Shown here piece after piece: positions 1-11,800 of a stretch of 53,135 bases of DNA (positions are counted from its first letter, which is position 1; every line of letters starts with the position of its first letter). The notes under the pieces were generated by a model. It saw only the letters and a program-made list of their open reading frames with translations, was not told the DNA's origin and did no database searches. The translations under genes were made by a program, and so were the position numbers. The stretch covers positions 271,595-324,729 of the forward strand of contig NW_013657637.1 in the NCBI RefSeq assembly GCF_000142905.1, read 5' to 3'. The stretch is from Thecamonas trahens ATCC 50062 (lineage: Eukaryota; Protista; Apusomonadida).

Positions 1-12
1 CTTGCAACAACC

Positions 13-1085
13 ATGGCTGCCTCCTCGTCGTCTGCCTCTGCTCAGATCCAGAAGCCCGCCCCGCACTTTGCCGGCACTGCTGTTGTCGACGGCGATTTCA
101 AGAAGATCTCCCTCGATGACTACAAGGGTACGTCCTCCACCACTCCCCTCCCCCCCCCACTCATCCCCATACCCCCCCCCCCCCTCCTTCCCACACGCCC
201 TTCCTCCCGCAGCTGCAGGTCGCCTGCGCTTCATGATTTTTTCCCAACGAAAGCCATGTGGTTGCCGACGCGCCCTCGCCTCCCCTCCCTTTCCCTCCCC
301 CCCTCCTCCCTCCCCCCTCCTCCCTCCCGTCCACCGCATACCATATCATCTGTTCTCCATTCCCACCTCTGCCTTCTCCGCCTTCTCCGCCATGGCAACG
401 CTGGCACTGCCAACTGCCGTACTCGGCCAGGCGCTGCGGATCCTAGCCATGATCGATCACCGTTGATCATGAACATGATCACGACCACGACCACGATCAT
501 GATCACAACCCCCCCCCCCTCCCCTCCACGCACCAACATACTGCTGTCATGGACTCACCCATACCCCCCACCTCCTTTGCGCACCGCACAGGCCAGTGGC
601 TCGTGTTCTTCTTCTACCCGCTCGACTTCACCTTTGTCTGCCCGACTGAGATCATCGCGTTCTCGGACCGCGTGGAGGAGTTCAAGGCGATCGGCGCCGA
701 GGTTGTCGGCTGCTCGGTCGACTCTGAGTTCTCGCACCTCGCGTGGATCAACACCCCGCGCAAGCAGGGTGGCCTTGGCGAGATGAAGATCCCGCTGCTC
801 TCGGACATCACCAAGCAGGTCTCGCGCGACTACGGTGTCCTCCTTGAGGACGAGGGCATCTCCCTCCGTGGTCTCTTCATCATCGACCCGACCGGCACCC
901 TCCGCCAGATCACCGTCAACGACCTCCCTGTCGGCCGCTCCGTCGACGAGACCCTCCGCCTCATCAAGGCCTTCCAGTTTGTTGAGGAGCACGGCGAGGT
1001 CTGCCCTGCCAACTGGACCCCTGGTGAGTCGACCATCAAGCCTGAGGTCGCTGCCTCCAAGGAGTACTTTGAGGCCGCCAACTAA
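13..1085 (+). CDS. PRDX: Typical 2-Cys peroxiredoxin (thioredoxin peroxidase), 2 exons: 13-127 and 592-1085, ~202 aa
   Basis: Peroxidatic motif [13 protein letters not shown], resolving motif GEVCPANW, plus GGLG and C-terminal YF motifs. Intron 128-591 runs GTACGT...GGACTCAC...CACAG; splicing joins DYKG|QWLVFFFYP in frame. Confidence 0.96.
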
Positions 1086-1199
1086 GCCATCGCCAAAGCC
1101 GTCAGCTGAGCCGGCCTAGCTGGCCGGTGGTTGAGCACTGCATTTTTTTTGATGACAACCGCGTGTTGAGTAAACCAGCCACCGTCACCCGATCCGCCG

Positions 1200-2486
1200 C
1201 TACTCGTCGACGGCTACCATCTCGACTGCGTCATCGCCGTCGTCAGCCCCGCTTCCGCCATCCGCAGCAGGCTCGGGTGCCTGCCGGACTGCAGCCGACG
1301 GACGGAGGCACGACCGCAGCTTGCTGCAGCAGCCAGTGGCGACACTGATGGAGAGGAGTACGAGGAGGCTCGAGATGACGATCGGGAGGTAGAGCCGGTC
1401 GGGCTCGAGAATGGGGCAGTCGTCGGTGTACCACGCAGTGGGCCCGTGCGGGCACCCGACCTCGTCACGGAGCGCCTTCTCAAAGCACGTCGCGTACGCG
1501 TGGCACCAGCCGCAGCGCGCATGCGCCGTGCATCCGCCGCAGCTCAGCTCGCTGGCGCACCGCGGCACCGGCTTGAGTACAATCGAAGTGTTGGCGGTCA
1601 CGCCGGCGACGTCGATGGCCTGCACAAACCGCTCGTCGGCAATGGCGACATGGAGAGGCGAGGCGAGGTGCGTCTCCAGATGGGCCGGCGGCGCGGTGAC
1701 GTAGAAGAAGGTCACCTCGCCACTCGCCGCGAGGACAACGCCGAACGAGGCATAGACCGATGGCCCGGCATTGGCGCCGTACTCCCACACAACCGTTAGC
1801 GTCTGCGCGTCTGGCTCAAAACGGTGGCGGACCGAGGCACTGAGCATGATGGGCGACAAGGTGCCGGCTCGCGCCGAGCTGGCCACCGTTGCCATCGAGA
1901 ACGGCACAAAGTCCGGCGACGGGGCCAAGAGCCGGGCAAACGCCGCCGGTGCCACCATACCACTTCCATACAAGGCCAGGTCACGGCAGAGGACGGTGCA
2001 CGGCACGCTGTCGCCGACGGTGGGCGGATCGGTGGGCTCGGGCACTGGCGCGCCGCGGGCCGATCGCGGCACCAAGCTGAGATCAAAGTCCGGCGGGCGG
2101 AGGAGGATCATGCCCTCTCTTGCCAGCCATACTCTCCGATATATACCACCTGCAAGAATGCGCAGATCAAAGGGAAGGACGAGTTCAGCCAGAGCTACTG
2201 ATGCGACAGTTGGCGATGACGACGACGACGGCAGCGTGATGTCGTGGGTGACGGTTGGCGCAAAGGGAGCGACAAAGTCGGATTCGAGATCGTTTGCCGA
2301 ATCCCTTGCCGATCGGGATGACGGAGTGGCGGAAGGAGCCAGAGCGAGTGCCGAGGGAGGGAGACCAGCTACAATGGTGGCGGTGTAGAACGGTGTGGCC
2401 GTGGCGTAGGGCGTGGTGGTGGGCGTGGTGGACGGGGTGAGCAGGATGAGGAGCACGATGAGAGAGGCCATGAGCAAGGACATCAT
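1200..2486 (-). CDS. Type I membrane protein with PSI (plexin-repeat) domain, PLXDC/TEM7-like
   Basis: Hydrophobic signal peptide, then an ectodomain with TLTVVWE...SFGVVLAASGEVTFFY, then a Cys-rich CASELSCGGCTAHARCGWCHAYATC...C (PSI pattern). One TM segment (LYLPIVISSLLVLLSISVATG) and a short tail follow. Confidence 0.65.
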   Translation of the reverse strand: MMSLLMASLIVLLILLTPSTTPTTTPYATATPFYTATIVAGLPPSALALAPSATPSSRSARDSANDLESDFVAPFAPTVTHDITLPSSSSSPTVASVALAELVLPFDLRILAGGIYRRVWLAREGMILLRPPDFDLSLVPRSARGAPVPEPTDPPTVGDSVPCTVLCRDLALYGSGMVAPAAFARLLAPSPDFVPFSMATVASSARAGTLSPIMLSASVRHRFEPDAQTLTVVWEYGANAGPSVYASFGVVLAASGEVTFFYVTAPPAHLETHLASPLHVAIADERFVQAIDVAGVTANTSIVLKPVPRCASELSCGGCTAHARCGWCHAYATCFEKALRDEVGCPHGPTAWYTDDCPILEPDRLYLPIVISSLLVLLSISVATGCCSKLRSCLRPSAAVRQAPEPAADGGSGADDGDDAVEMVAVDE

Positions 2487-2893
2487 GTGGGTGCAACTCG
2501 GTCGGGCGACCCTTTGCTAGCAGCGGTGGGAGTGGTGGGTGGTGTGTCCTAGTTGCTGTGTCTTGTGCCTTGGGGGGAGGGGGAGGGGGGGAGGTCGAGG
2601 GGAACAACAAGGTGTCAGGGCGGGGGGGGGCGGCAGGCAGGACCGACCAGAGGTGGCCAACAAGAGGACGAGCGGTTGCTCCGAGCATTACAACCAACGA
2701 AAATAATCGTCACTCATCATGTTCCGTCATGGTTCGTCGTCACGTGCCACAATCGTTGCAATCGACATCAAACACGACTCATTCCCCCCCCCAAACCTCC
2801 CAACCCCGACCCTCTGACCCCCGCACCACACCCACACCGACAGACTGCACTCTCGTCCCCCCCCCCCCCTCCCCCCTCCCCACCCCCAACTGC

Positions 2894-5800
2894 ATGTTTA
2901 CTACGCCCCACCGTACACCAATGGGTGGGCGGAGCCGTGTACCTGCTACGCCTTGGCTAGCTACACCGTCCCGTCCAACGCCTTCGGCCACCTCGCTGAC
3001 GGCAGGCATGCGAGTGGCAGGCACAGCAGCAGGAGGACGACAACCAGGACATCCGACAGAACTGGATTCAGCAGCAGCATCACTTCTGGCTAGCCCCTCC
3101 ACCCATACTACTGCTGCTGCTGCTGCTACTGCTGCTACTGCTGCTACCTTTGAGGAGCATGATGCCTCCTCTCCCCTCGCTCCCTTTGCCCATTGGCATG
3201 CCCTCGTCCCAGCTCCACTCGCTCCCAGAGAGTGGAAGTCGGCAAAGGCTGGTCTGGTGCCCAAGACCCGTGGATCTCGACATGGCTTTATTCTTGTCTT
3301 TGCTGATCTCCAGTCGTTGTCTCATGCCACTCCGTTTGCGGGTGCGACTCGGTCTCCCGAAGATTCGTTCTCTCTGGCTGCGCCGGCTCGTGCACCAGCT
3401 CTTGTGGTCAAGCTCGTGGCTCATCCGCTGGAAGAGGCCTTTGCTACCGGTGTAGTGGAGGAGGTCTTTGGTCTTACCACACCGCGTGCTCGCTGGATTT
3501 GTCTGGACTCTCAGGAAGCAGCAGAGCTGGTCGATGTCCTCGCTGAACTCGATCCAGAGCGGGCTCAGCCGTATGTGGAGGCACTCGCTCAATCGGCACC
3601 TGCTGCCATCCAGGTCCAGCGGTATGTGCCTGGCGGGCCGTCGCGCAACCTGCGGTACCTCGATCCCGACGCGTGTGCGGGTGTGTTTGGTGTGCCCGGC
3701 GAGCTCACCGCGCACGGCCGCCGGGTCCTCCAGGACATCGGCCGCATGCTCATCGCTGACCTGTTGCTCAACAACTACGGCCGCCTCCGCTGCCGTGCCG
3801 TCTGGCCGTACAACATTGGCAATGCCAAGAACGTGCTCTTTGCCGCAGACACCGGCGGTCTCGTGGCGCTCGACCAGTGCCTCAACGCTTACGACCCGCT
3901 CCGCCACGCCACCGCCCTCGACAAGTACGCTACCGCCGTCCGCGACGTCCTTGCTGCCCTCTCTGCCCCGCTTGCCGATGCGCCACCACCGCCTGTTGAC
4001 CAGATCCGCCGCTTCATCCGCCAGAACTGTCGCTACGACATTGGCCGCGAGGGCTGCCACTGCGTCCACCTCGGCATGCTTGCCGGCCTTGCTGCCGTCC
4101 GTGGTGCCACTCTTGACACGCTCCGCGATGTCTTTGCATCCGCCGCCGCCGCCACCGCCGCCGCACCGGGCACAACAGCGCACTCACCGCCAACAGGCGA
4201 CCCGCCGCAGCTCGCCTTTGTCCTCGCCATGCGCGACGTCCTCGCCGCCGCCGGTGACACTGCGCAGGTCCACGCCGAGCTTGCCGAGCTCGCCTCTGCG
4301 CCAGCACTCCGTCGGCCTGACTTTGACGCCTCGCTGGCTGCCGACGACGAGGTCGCCGACGAGATCTCCGAGTTCTGGAAGCTCTCCGAGAGCCTCATGG
4401 ACATGTTTTCTGGCGATGGTGGAGCCTCGTCCTCGCTCTACGCCACACCGCTCCGCGACGCGGCCCGCGCCCGCGCCGCCGCCTCGTCGGCCGCCACTCC
4501 GGGCACACCCAACCTCTCTCCCATTCCGCCGCCGTCGCTCGGCTCAGACGCCGCCGCAAGCACAGACGCCTCGGCCCCGCGCTCCGCGCCGTCGCCCGAT
4601 GGCTTCTCGGCAGAGCTGGACTCGCCTTCGCGGCTTGCTCACCATCATCGCCACCACCGCCGCCGCCGCCGCAAGCACAGCTCACCGTCTGCTACGCCCG
4701 ACGAGCCATCCGACGCCTCGGCCTCAGCACCGTCGCGCCGACGCAAGCACCGTCATCATCATGGCGACGACAGCGAGCCGGCTGGGCCCGCCTCCGAATC
4801 GGACATTGCGCCGCCGTCCTCGCCGCCGCCTACGCTCGTCGCGGATGACAACGATAGCGAGGTCATGTCGCGCAAGGCCAAGGCCAAGTCGCGCAAGGCC
4901 AAGGCCAAGTCGCGGAAGGCCAAGTCGCAGAAGGCCAAGTCGAAGAAAGCTCGCGCGGTGGCAGCCGCTGCAGCAGCCTCGGGCGCTGGCGGCGAGTTGG
5001 CGCCGTCGTCGGCGGCAGCCAAGCTCCGCCCGGCCTTTTCGGACGTCAACAACATCCGGTTCCACCACGGCGACCGGACGGTACTCATGGCGAAGCTCGC
5101 GCCGCTGCCGATGTCGTCGACCTCGGCCGCGCTCCTCGCGTACGCTACCGCTGTCATCAACTATCGGCTTACTTTTCGTGAAGTCGTCCTCGCCTACAAG
5201 TGCTCGTACGTCCACAACGACGGACCGGTCCTCTCGGCAACGTTCCACAAGCCGTCGGCTGCCATAGACGCTGCACTCGAGTGCGCCGCCCGCGCCATCG
5301 CTCTCCGCGCTGGCTCCACCGTCCTCGGCTCGCTCGCGCCACCGGTCTTTGCCCTCGCCCATGGCGGCGGCCTCCTTGTCGACAAGTTTACGCTCCGCCA
5401 GTTTGGCGTCGCCGTCGACGTCGCGCTGCAGCTCTTGTTCCGTGTCGACCACCCGGTCGCGCTTGACGCTCCGCCGGCCATCCTCGCCGCCCCAGCCACC
5501 ATGCTCGCTCTTTCCAAGCGCGAGCGTGCCGCCTTTGCCAAAGCCGGCGTTTCGTTTGCGCCGCACGCCTCGGACCGCCTCGACTTTGAGGCCACGGCGG
5601 TCATCTATCCGGCCACAGATGCACTCGACGACGACATGGAGCTCTCGGCCCTTGCCCTCCTCAAGCAAGAACAGGCTGTCGGCTACGTCGAGACGCTGCA
5701 TGGAAACATGACGCCTGCCATGCGGTTCCGCAAGCTCATGGTCGCCCGCGCCGCGCCGTCGACAGCCCTCTCGCCGTCCAAGCTCAATCACATCGACGGC

Positions 5801-8800
5801 GTGCTCACCTCGGCTGCCTTTTTTGGCTTGCGCGCCATGGTCGCCCTCGGCTTTGACTGGATGACCGTCCCAGGCCTCACCTCGGCCGAGGACGTCATCT
5901 CTAAGATGCGTGCTGCCATGGCTCTTCTCCAGCCGGTTGTCCTCGCTCACGGCGGCACCTTTTACGAGGAGTTTCTCTACGAGTTTGAGTCACCGTCGGT
6001 TGCTCTCGCCGCCGCCATCGCCATCAAGCGCGAGCTCATCCACCACAACGCTTCGGCTTTTGTCCGCGAGCGTGCGCCGCTCCGCGGACTGGTCTGCTCG
6101 CATGGACCGACGCTGGCTGTCGAGGCCACAAACGTTCACTGGGGCCGACACGTCACGCTTGCCCAGCTCCTGCTCTCCTCGTTTGCTGTCACTGCCGCCA
6201 CCGTCGCCGACCCGCCGCTCATGCTCACTTCGGCCTTCCACGCCGCCCTCCTCGAGTCTTCCGACCCGAACATCGGCGCTCTCACCCTTGCGCCGGTCTC
6301 CTTCACCATCGGCGACGCCGCAGAGCGCTGCTACGCGGTCAAGGGCGACGCCGCCCTCGCGTCACCTTACAAGCAGCTCCTCGCCGCGGGTGCGGCGTCG
6401 ACACCGCCGCCGGCCTCGGCAGGCCCCCGCGCACCTGTGGCGTCGTCTGCGCTCAAGAACAAGTACACCTCGAGCCGACCGGCCGACGGCCCGCGCGTCC
6501 GCTTTGCGCTCTCGCCGCCGCCGTCGCCGCCGCTGCGCCCGCGGCTGCAGGCCTCGCCGTCGGCCGTGGCCTCCCCGCCGTCGCTTCACACTTGCGGCCC
6601 GGCCCGCGCTACCTCGCCGGTTGTGGTCAACTCGGGCGCGCTCGTCCTCGAGTCCTCGCCGGCTATGCATGTCTTCCGCGGTGGCCTCGCCGTCTTTGCC
6701 ACCTCGCTCGTTTGCCCGCTGCCAGCGAGCCCGGTCGCCGCCGCTGCGCTCACCTTTAAGCTCCAGGAGCTCTGCATGCCACTGCTGCAGTCGTTTGGCG
6801 CCCTCACCGTCCAACCGCAAGACTCGGGCGAGCTCGTTGCGCTGCTCCCAACACCCGCCGCCGCTGCCGCCGCCGCTCTCGCTGCCCACGAGCTCATTGC
6901 CGCTTTTAACCAAGATGCCGACGCCGCTGGCTCCTCGCTCTTGCTCCGCACCACTGGCTTTGCCGTCGTTACCGGCGACGGCTGCGCTCAGTCAGCTCAC
7001 CACGAGGCGCTACTTGTCTCGCCGCTCGTCGATGCTGCGCTTGCGCTCGCGTCCGCGTCTGACCTCTCATCCGCCATTCGGGTCTGCCTTGCTTCGGATG
7101 ACTTTGAGCTTGTCGATGACCTCGTCTCGCAGCCGCTTCTCGCCTCGGCGCACCTGCATCCCCTTACAGCACCGGCGGTCGGCGCCCGGCTTGCCCACCT
7201 GACCGGACGGTCCGCCCAGAGCCTCGCCCTTTACACAATCAGCGGCTCGCTCCCGTCCGAGGCCTTTGACGCCTCCGCGCTGCTCGCCGCAGGCGCGTCG
7301 GCCGAGGCCTCGTACTCGGGTCTGGACCTCGAAGCGCTGTTCCGAAGCGCAGCAGACGCGGCGCCGGCTGCCGCGGTCGTCGACTCGGTCACTGCCCACT
7401 ACGTTCGACAGCACGTGGCCATTGTTACGCTTGCCCGCCACCCGCGTCCAGACATGCCGCCAGCGGAGCAGCTCAGCACGTTCCTTGCCGTCCTCAATGA
7501 CGCCGTCGTCCCAGTCGTGGTTGACCAGTACGGCGGCGAGCGCATCTCGGCCACAGCCTTTGCCTTTGTCGACGACCTACTCTCGGCAACTTCAGCAGCG
7601 GTCCTCATTGCGTCGCAGCCTTTGCTCGCAGACGCCGGCGTCTCGGTCGTCATCTCCGACGGCGACGTGCTGGTCATTCCCTACTCTGACTCGACCGTGT
7701 TTATGGGCGAGCCGCTGCGGTCGCCGTACACTGCGCTTGCTGGAGCTAAGCGCTTGCATGCACCTCCCACCACCCGCGACCCTTCGCGAGTCACGCCACT
7801 GGTGCCGCTCCTTGTTGCCGCGCCGGTCATTGCCGCGCTCGCGCTCGTCGAGCCGTTTGCCTCGTGCTACGCGTACGCACCTGTCCGCGGCGCGCCAGAC
7901 TTCTCGTACGTGGCCTCAATCTCGCAGGACCCACGGGTGCTCGCCGGCGACGTCGTCGTCTCAGAGGACGAGGATACTCGTCACTTTGTTGGCCACGTTG
8001 CCGTCCTTGTCACCGACATGTCCGGCTTTACCCGCATCACCCGCGCCAAGGGCATTGTCCACTTTGCCTCGCTCATCCTCCGCATGCGCTCGCTCTTTAC
8101 GCCAATCTTTGAACTCTACGGCGCGCTCTCCATCAACACCGAGGCCGACAACTTTCTGGTTGTCTTCCCCTCGGCGGAAAAGGCGACTGCCGCTGCTCTC
8201 GAGGCCGCCCGCATGCTGCACCTGTACAACGCCGCTGTCGTAGCCGACCCGGCCGTCTCGGATGACTTTGTACTCAAGGTCGGCGGCTACGGCATTGCTG
8301 CAGGCCGCGGCTGCGTCCAGGACCTGATGTCAACTTCACTGTTTGGCGAGGTCTTTGATCGCGCCTTTCGCCTCGGCGAAGACGTCGCCGACGACAACAT
8401 CCTCATCGACGACACCACCGCCTCGCTGGCGGGCAAGCACCCCGCCTTTGCAGGACTTGACCTCTCCCGACTCCAGGTCGATGCCGAGACCGGCATTCGC
8501 TACACCACCATCGAGCTCGACGCTGCCGTCAGCTCTCTTGCCCGGTACCACGGCACGCTCCACATGGTCTCGTCCGAGTTTGACACCACTACGCCGCTCG
8601 GCTGGGTCTGCAACGCGGTCCTCAATGCCGCACCGGACGACGTCGCCGCCGCCGCTGCCGACGTCGGACGTCGCTACCTCGCGCCGGGTGCCATTCTCCT
8701 CATCGGCGTCGATCAGGCCAAGGTCACCGCCGCCGCCGGCATCGACGCCTCCATCCGCATGCTTCACCGCATGGTCCACGACCTCGAGCCGATCCTCATC

Positions 8801-11800
8801 GACGAGCTCGGCGGCTCGCTGGTTGAGGAGAAGATCTTCCTTTTCCGCTCGCCTGCCGCCGCCATCCGCGGCGCCGTCCTCGCACGTGCTCTCCTCAACG
8901 CAACCAACGCGTCAGCCGTCGCCACAGGCCTCCCGGCTGTGCCATGGACCGGCATTGCCGTTCACATCGGCGACATGCTCGTTGTTCCCGGCTCCAACAT
9001 CCACTGGGGCGACCCGCTCAACACAGCGTCCAAGCTCGCCGAGGACGTCGCGTCGGGCCAGGAGATCTTTGTCACCCGCGAGGCCTTTGACGCCGCTTGC
9101 GCCGAGAGCCCTGACCTCGCGCGCCTTCCGACCACGTCGCGGACGTTCCATGTCTCCAAGGTCGACCTGCCGTGCCTCGAGGTCGGCAACGGCGAGTGCA
9201 TTACCGCCGGTCGCGTCTTGGGAAGCGCGGCGGTGGGCGAGCACCGCGAGTCGCAGGTGAGGAGCGGCGAGGTGACCGCCGCCAGCGACGCTGCCGCCCG
9301 CGCCGCCTTTCTCCCACCGCCGCAGCCGGCCACCATCTCCCTGCACGACTCGATCGAGTTTACATCCGAGACCACACTGCTGGTCTCGGACATGTCGGGC
9401 TTTTCGCGAATCACCCGCAAGATGGGCATTATTCACTTTGCTTCGCTCATTTTGCGGATGCGGACACTGGCAAAGGGCGTGTACGAGCGATACGGTGTGC
9501 TTGAGTTCTTCACCGAGGCTGACAACACCTTTGGCCTTTTTGCCACACCGGCCGCTGCTGCCGCTGCCGCCTTTGAACTCAAGGCTGTTCTCGACGCGTA
9601 CAACGCCGAGGTGGCACCGGCAGCCGACTTTCGTATCAAGGTCGGTGGGTACGGCATGCACTGCGGGCCTGGCGTTGTCAAGGACACTGCCACGGGCAAG
9701 TTCTTCGGTACCGTCGCCGACGGCGCTTTTGTGCTCGGCGAAGACGTGTCCGAGGACGCTGCGCTCTACGTTTCGACACCGGTTCTCAGCGCGCTGGCGA
9801 CCGACGAGCGGTTCGCGCGTATGGACGTGGTGTCGTTCACGGCCGAAGACTCGCCAGACGCTCCGTTTGACTACCACGTTCTCGCATGCCCCGGTCTCAA
9901 TGGTACACTGCCAGCTGCGCAGCTTCTGACCAAGTTGATGGCGCCGGCGGCGTGGGCGCCAGCCGACAACACTACGGCCGAATCCCGATTCCTTGCGGCG
10001 GTCCTCGTCGACCGCCTCGCAGCCGGCACTACCGTCTCTGCGCTCGACGCCAAGCTGGCCGATGAGTTTATGGTCTCCGTCGCTGCTGTCCTGCTTATTG
10101 GCATGGACTTTGCGTCTGTGTCGGCCAGCTCGGGCGTGCCGGCCACGCTCGCGCTCGTCCACTCGCTCTCGGGCCTTTTGGCGACGGTTGCAAAGCGGTA
10201 CGGCGGCACGCCGCTGGAAGAGTTCATTTTCCTCTTTCCGGACGTCGACGCGGGCTATGCCGCTGGTCTCGCCATCCGGGCCGCACTTGTCGAGTACTCA
10301 ATGGCGCATCCAAATGCACCTGCGCCTCTCACAGGCCTTGCGCTCCACACCGGGTCGATGCTCATTGTGCCGGGCACAAACGTTCATTGGGGCGACCCGC
10401 TCAACACGGCGTCCAAGCTTGCCGAGGACTCGGCATCGTCGGCCGAGTTTCTGGTCACGCAGGCGGCGGCGAGGCTGCTGGCGTCGCGGGCCGGCGCCAC
10501 CTTTGTCGAGCGGTCGTTTGTAGTCTCCAAGGTCGAACTGCCGTGCGTGGAGGTGCTCGACGCTGTGGCGACAAGTGCGCTCGCGTCGCGTAAGGCTGTC
10601 CGAGCGCTCGGCATGGGCAAGCCGCTTCCGCAGTACGTGACGACCGACGCACACTGCAGGCACTACCACGGCGAGTACAGCGTGCTGATCTCGGACATGT
10701 CCGGCTTTACCCGGATCACGCGCAAGATGGGCATCATCCACTTTGCATCGCTGATTCTTCGCATGCGCGACATGCTCCTCGCCATCTACGGGGCGTGCGG
10801 CGCGGTCTCGACCTTTACCGAGGCCGACAACACCTTTGCAGTGTTCCGAACACCGGCCGCTGCGCTTCGCGCTGCACTCGAGGCCCAGGTTGCGCTGGCG
10901 CGGTATAACGCAACGTCTCTGCCCTCGCCGGACTTTGAGCTTCATCTTTCGGGCTTTGGCATCGACACCGGCGTCGGGCTGGTCCAGGACCTGCGGAGCG
11001 ACAAGCTGTTTGGCCCCGTCCACGACCGTGCCTTTGTCCTCGCCGAAGACACTGCCACCGGAACTGACATCCTCATCTCTGACGAGACCATGGCTGTGCT
11101 TGACGCCGACCGCGCCTTTGTCTGGCCGGCATCAATCACTGCCGAGGCCAAGGTCCTTGGTGAAGACGATTTTGCCGCGCCGTTTGGCTACTTTCATCTC
11201 CACGGGCGGCTCGCAGCAAGTGAGGTGACTCTCGGGCATTTGCCTGTCTCTGGCAGCCACACGCCGCGTGAGCCGCGGACGCCGGCATCCGAGTTCCACC
11301 ACGCGTTGCTGGTGGAGCGGCCGAGCGCACGCGGCGCGACCGAGCAGGTTGACGCGCAAGTGACAGCATCTTACATGCGGTCGCCGGTCTTCTGCCTCCT
11401 CATCGGCTTTGACTTTGCATCGGTGACGGCCACCACCGGCGTGGAGAACACCATTGCGCTCATGCACGGAGCCGAGGAGACAGTCCACGCCGCCATTGCG
11501 CCATATTCGGGCGAGGCTGTGGAGGAGTTTATCTTTGTCTTCAACTCAGCCAAGCTTGCACTCCTCGCTGGCCTTGCGGCTTCGGCCGCGCTCGACGAGT
11601 GGAATGAGCTGGCGTCGGCCGACCGCAAGCTCCCGCTGCTCGGCATGGCCATCCACGCCGGCTCAATGCTCATTGTGCCCGGGACGAACGTTCATTGGGC
11701 GACCCGCTCAACACGGCATCCAAGCTGGCTGAAGACTCGCTTGACGGCGGCGAGCTCTGTATTACCGTTCCGGTCTACGACGCCATATCGCGGCTCTCGG

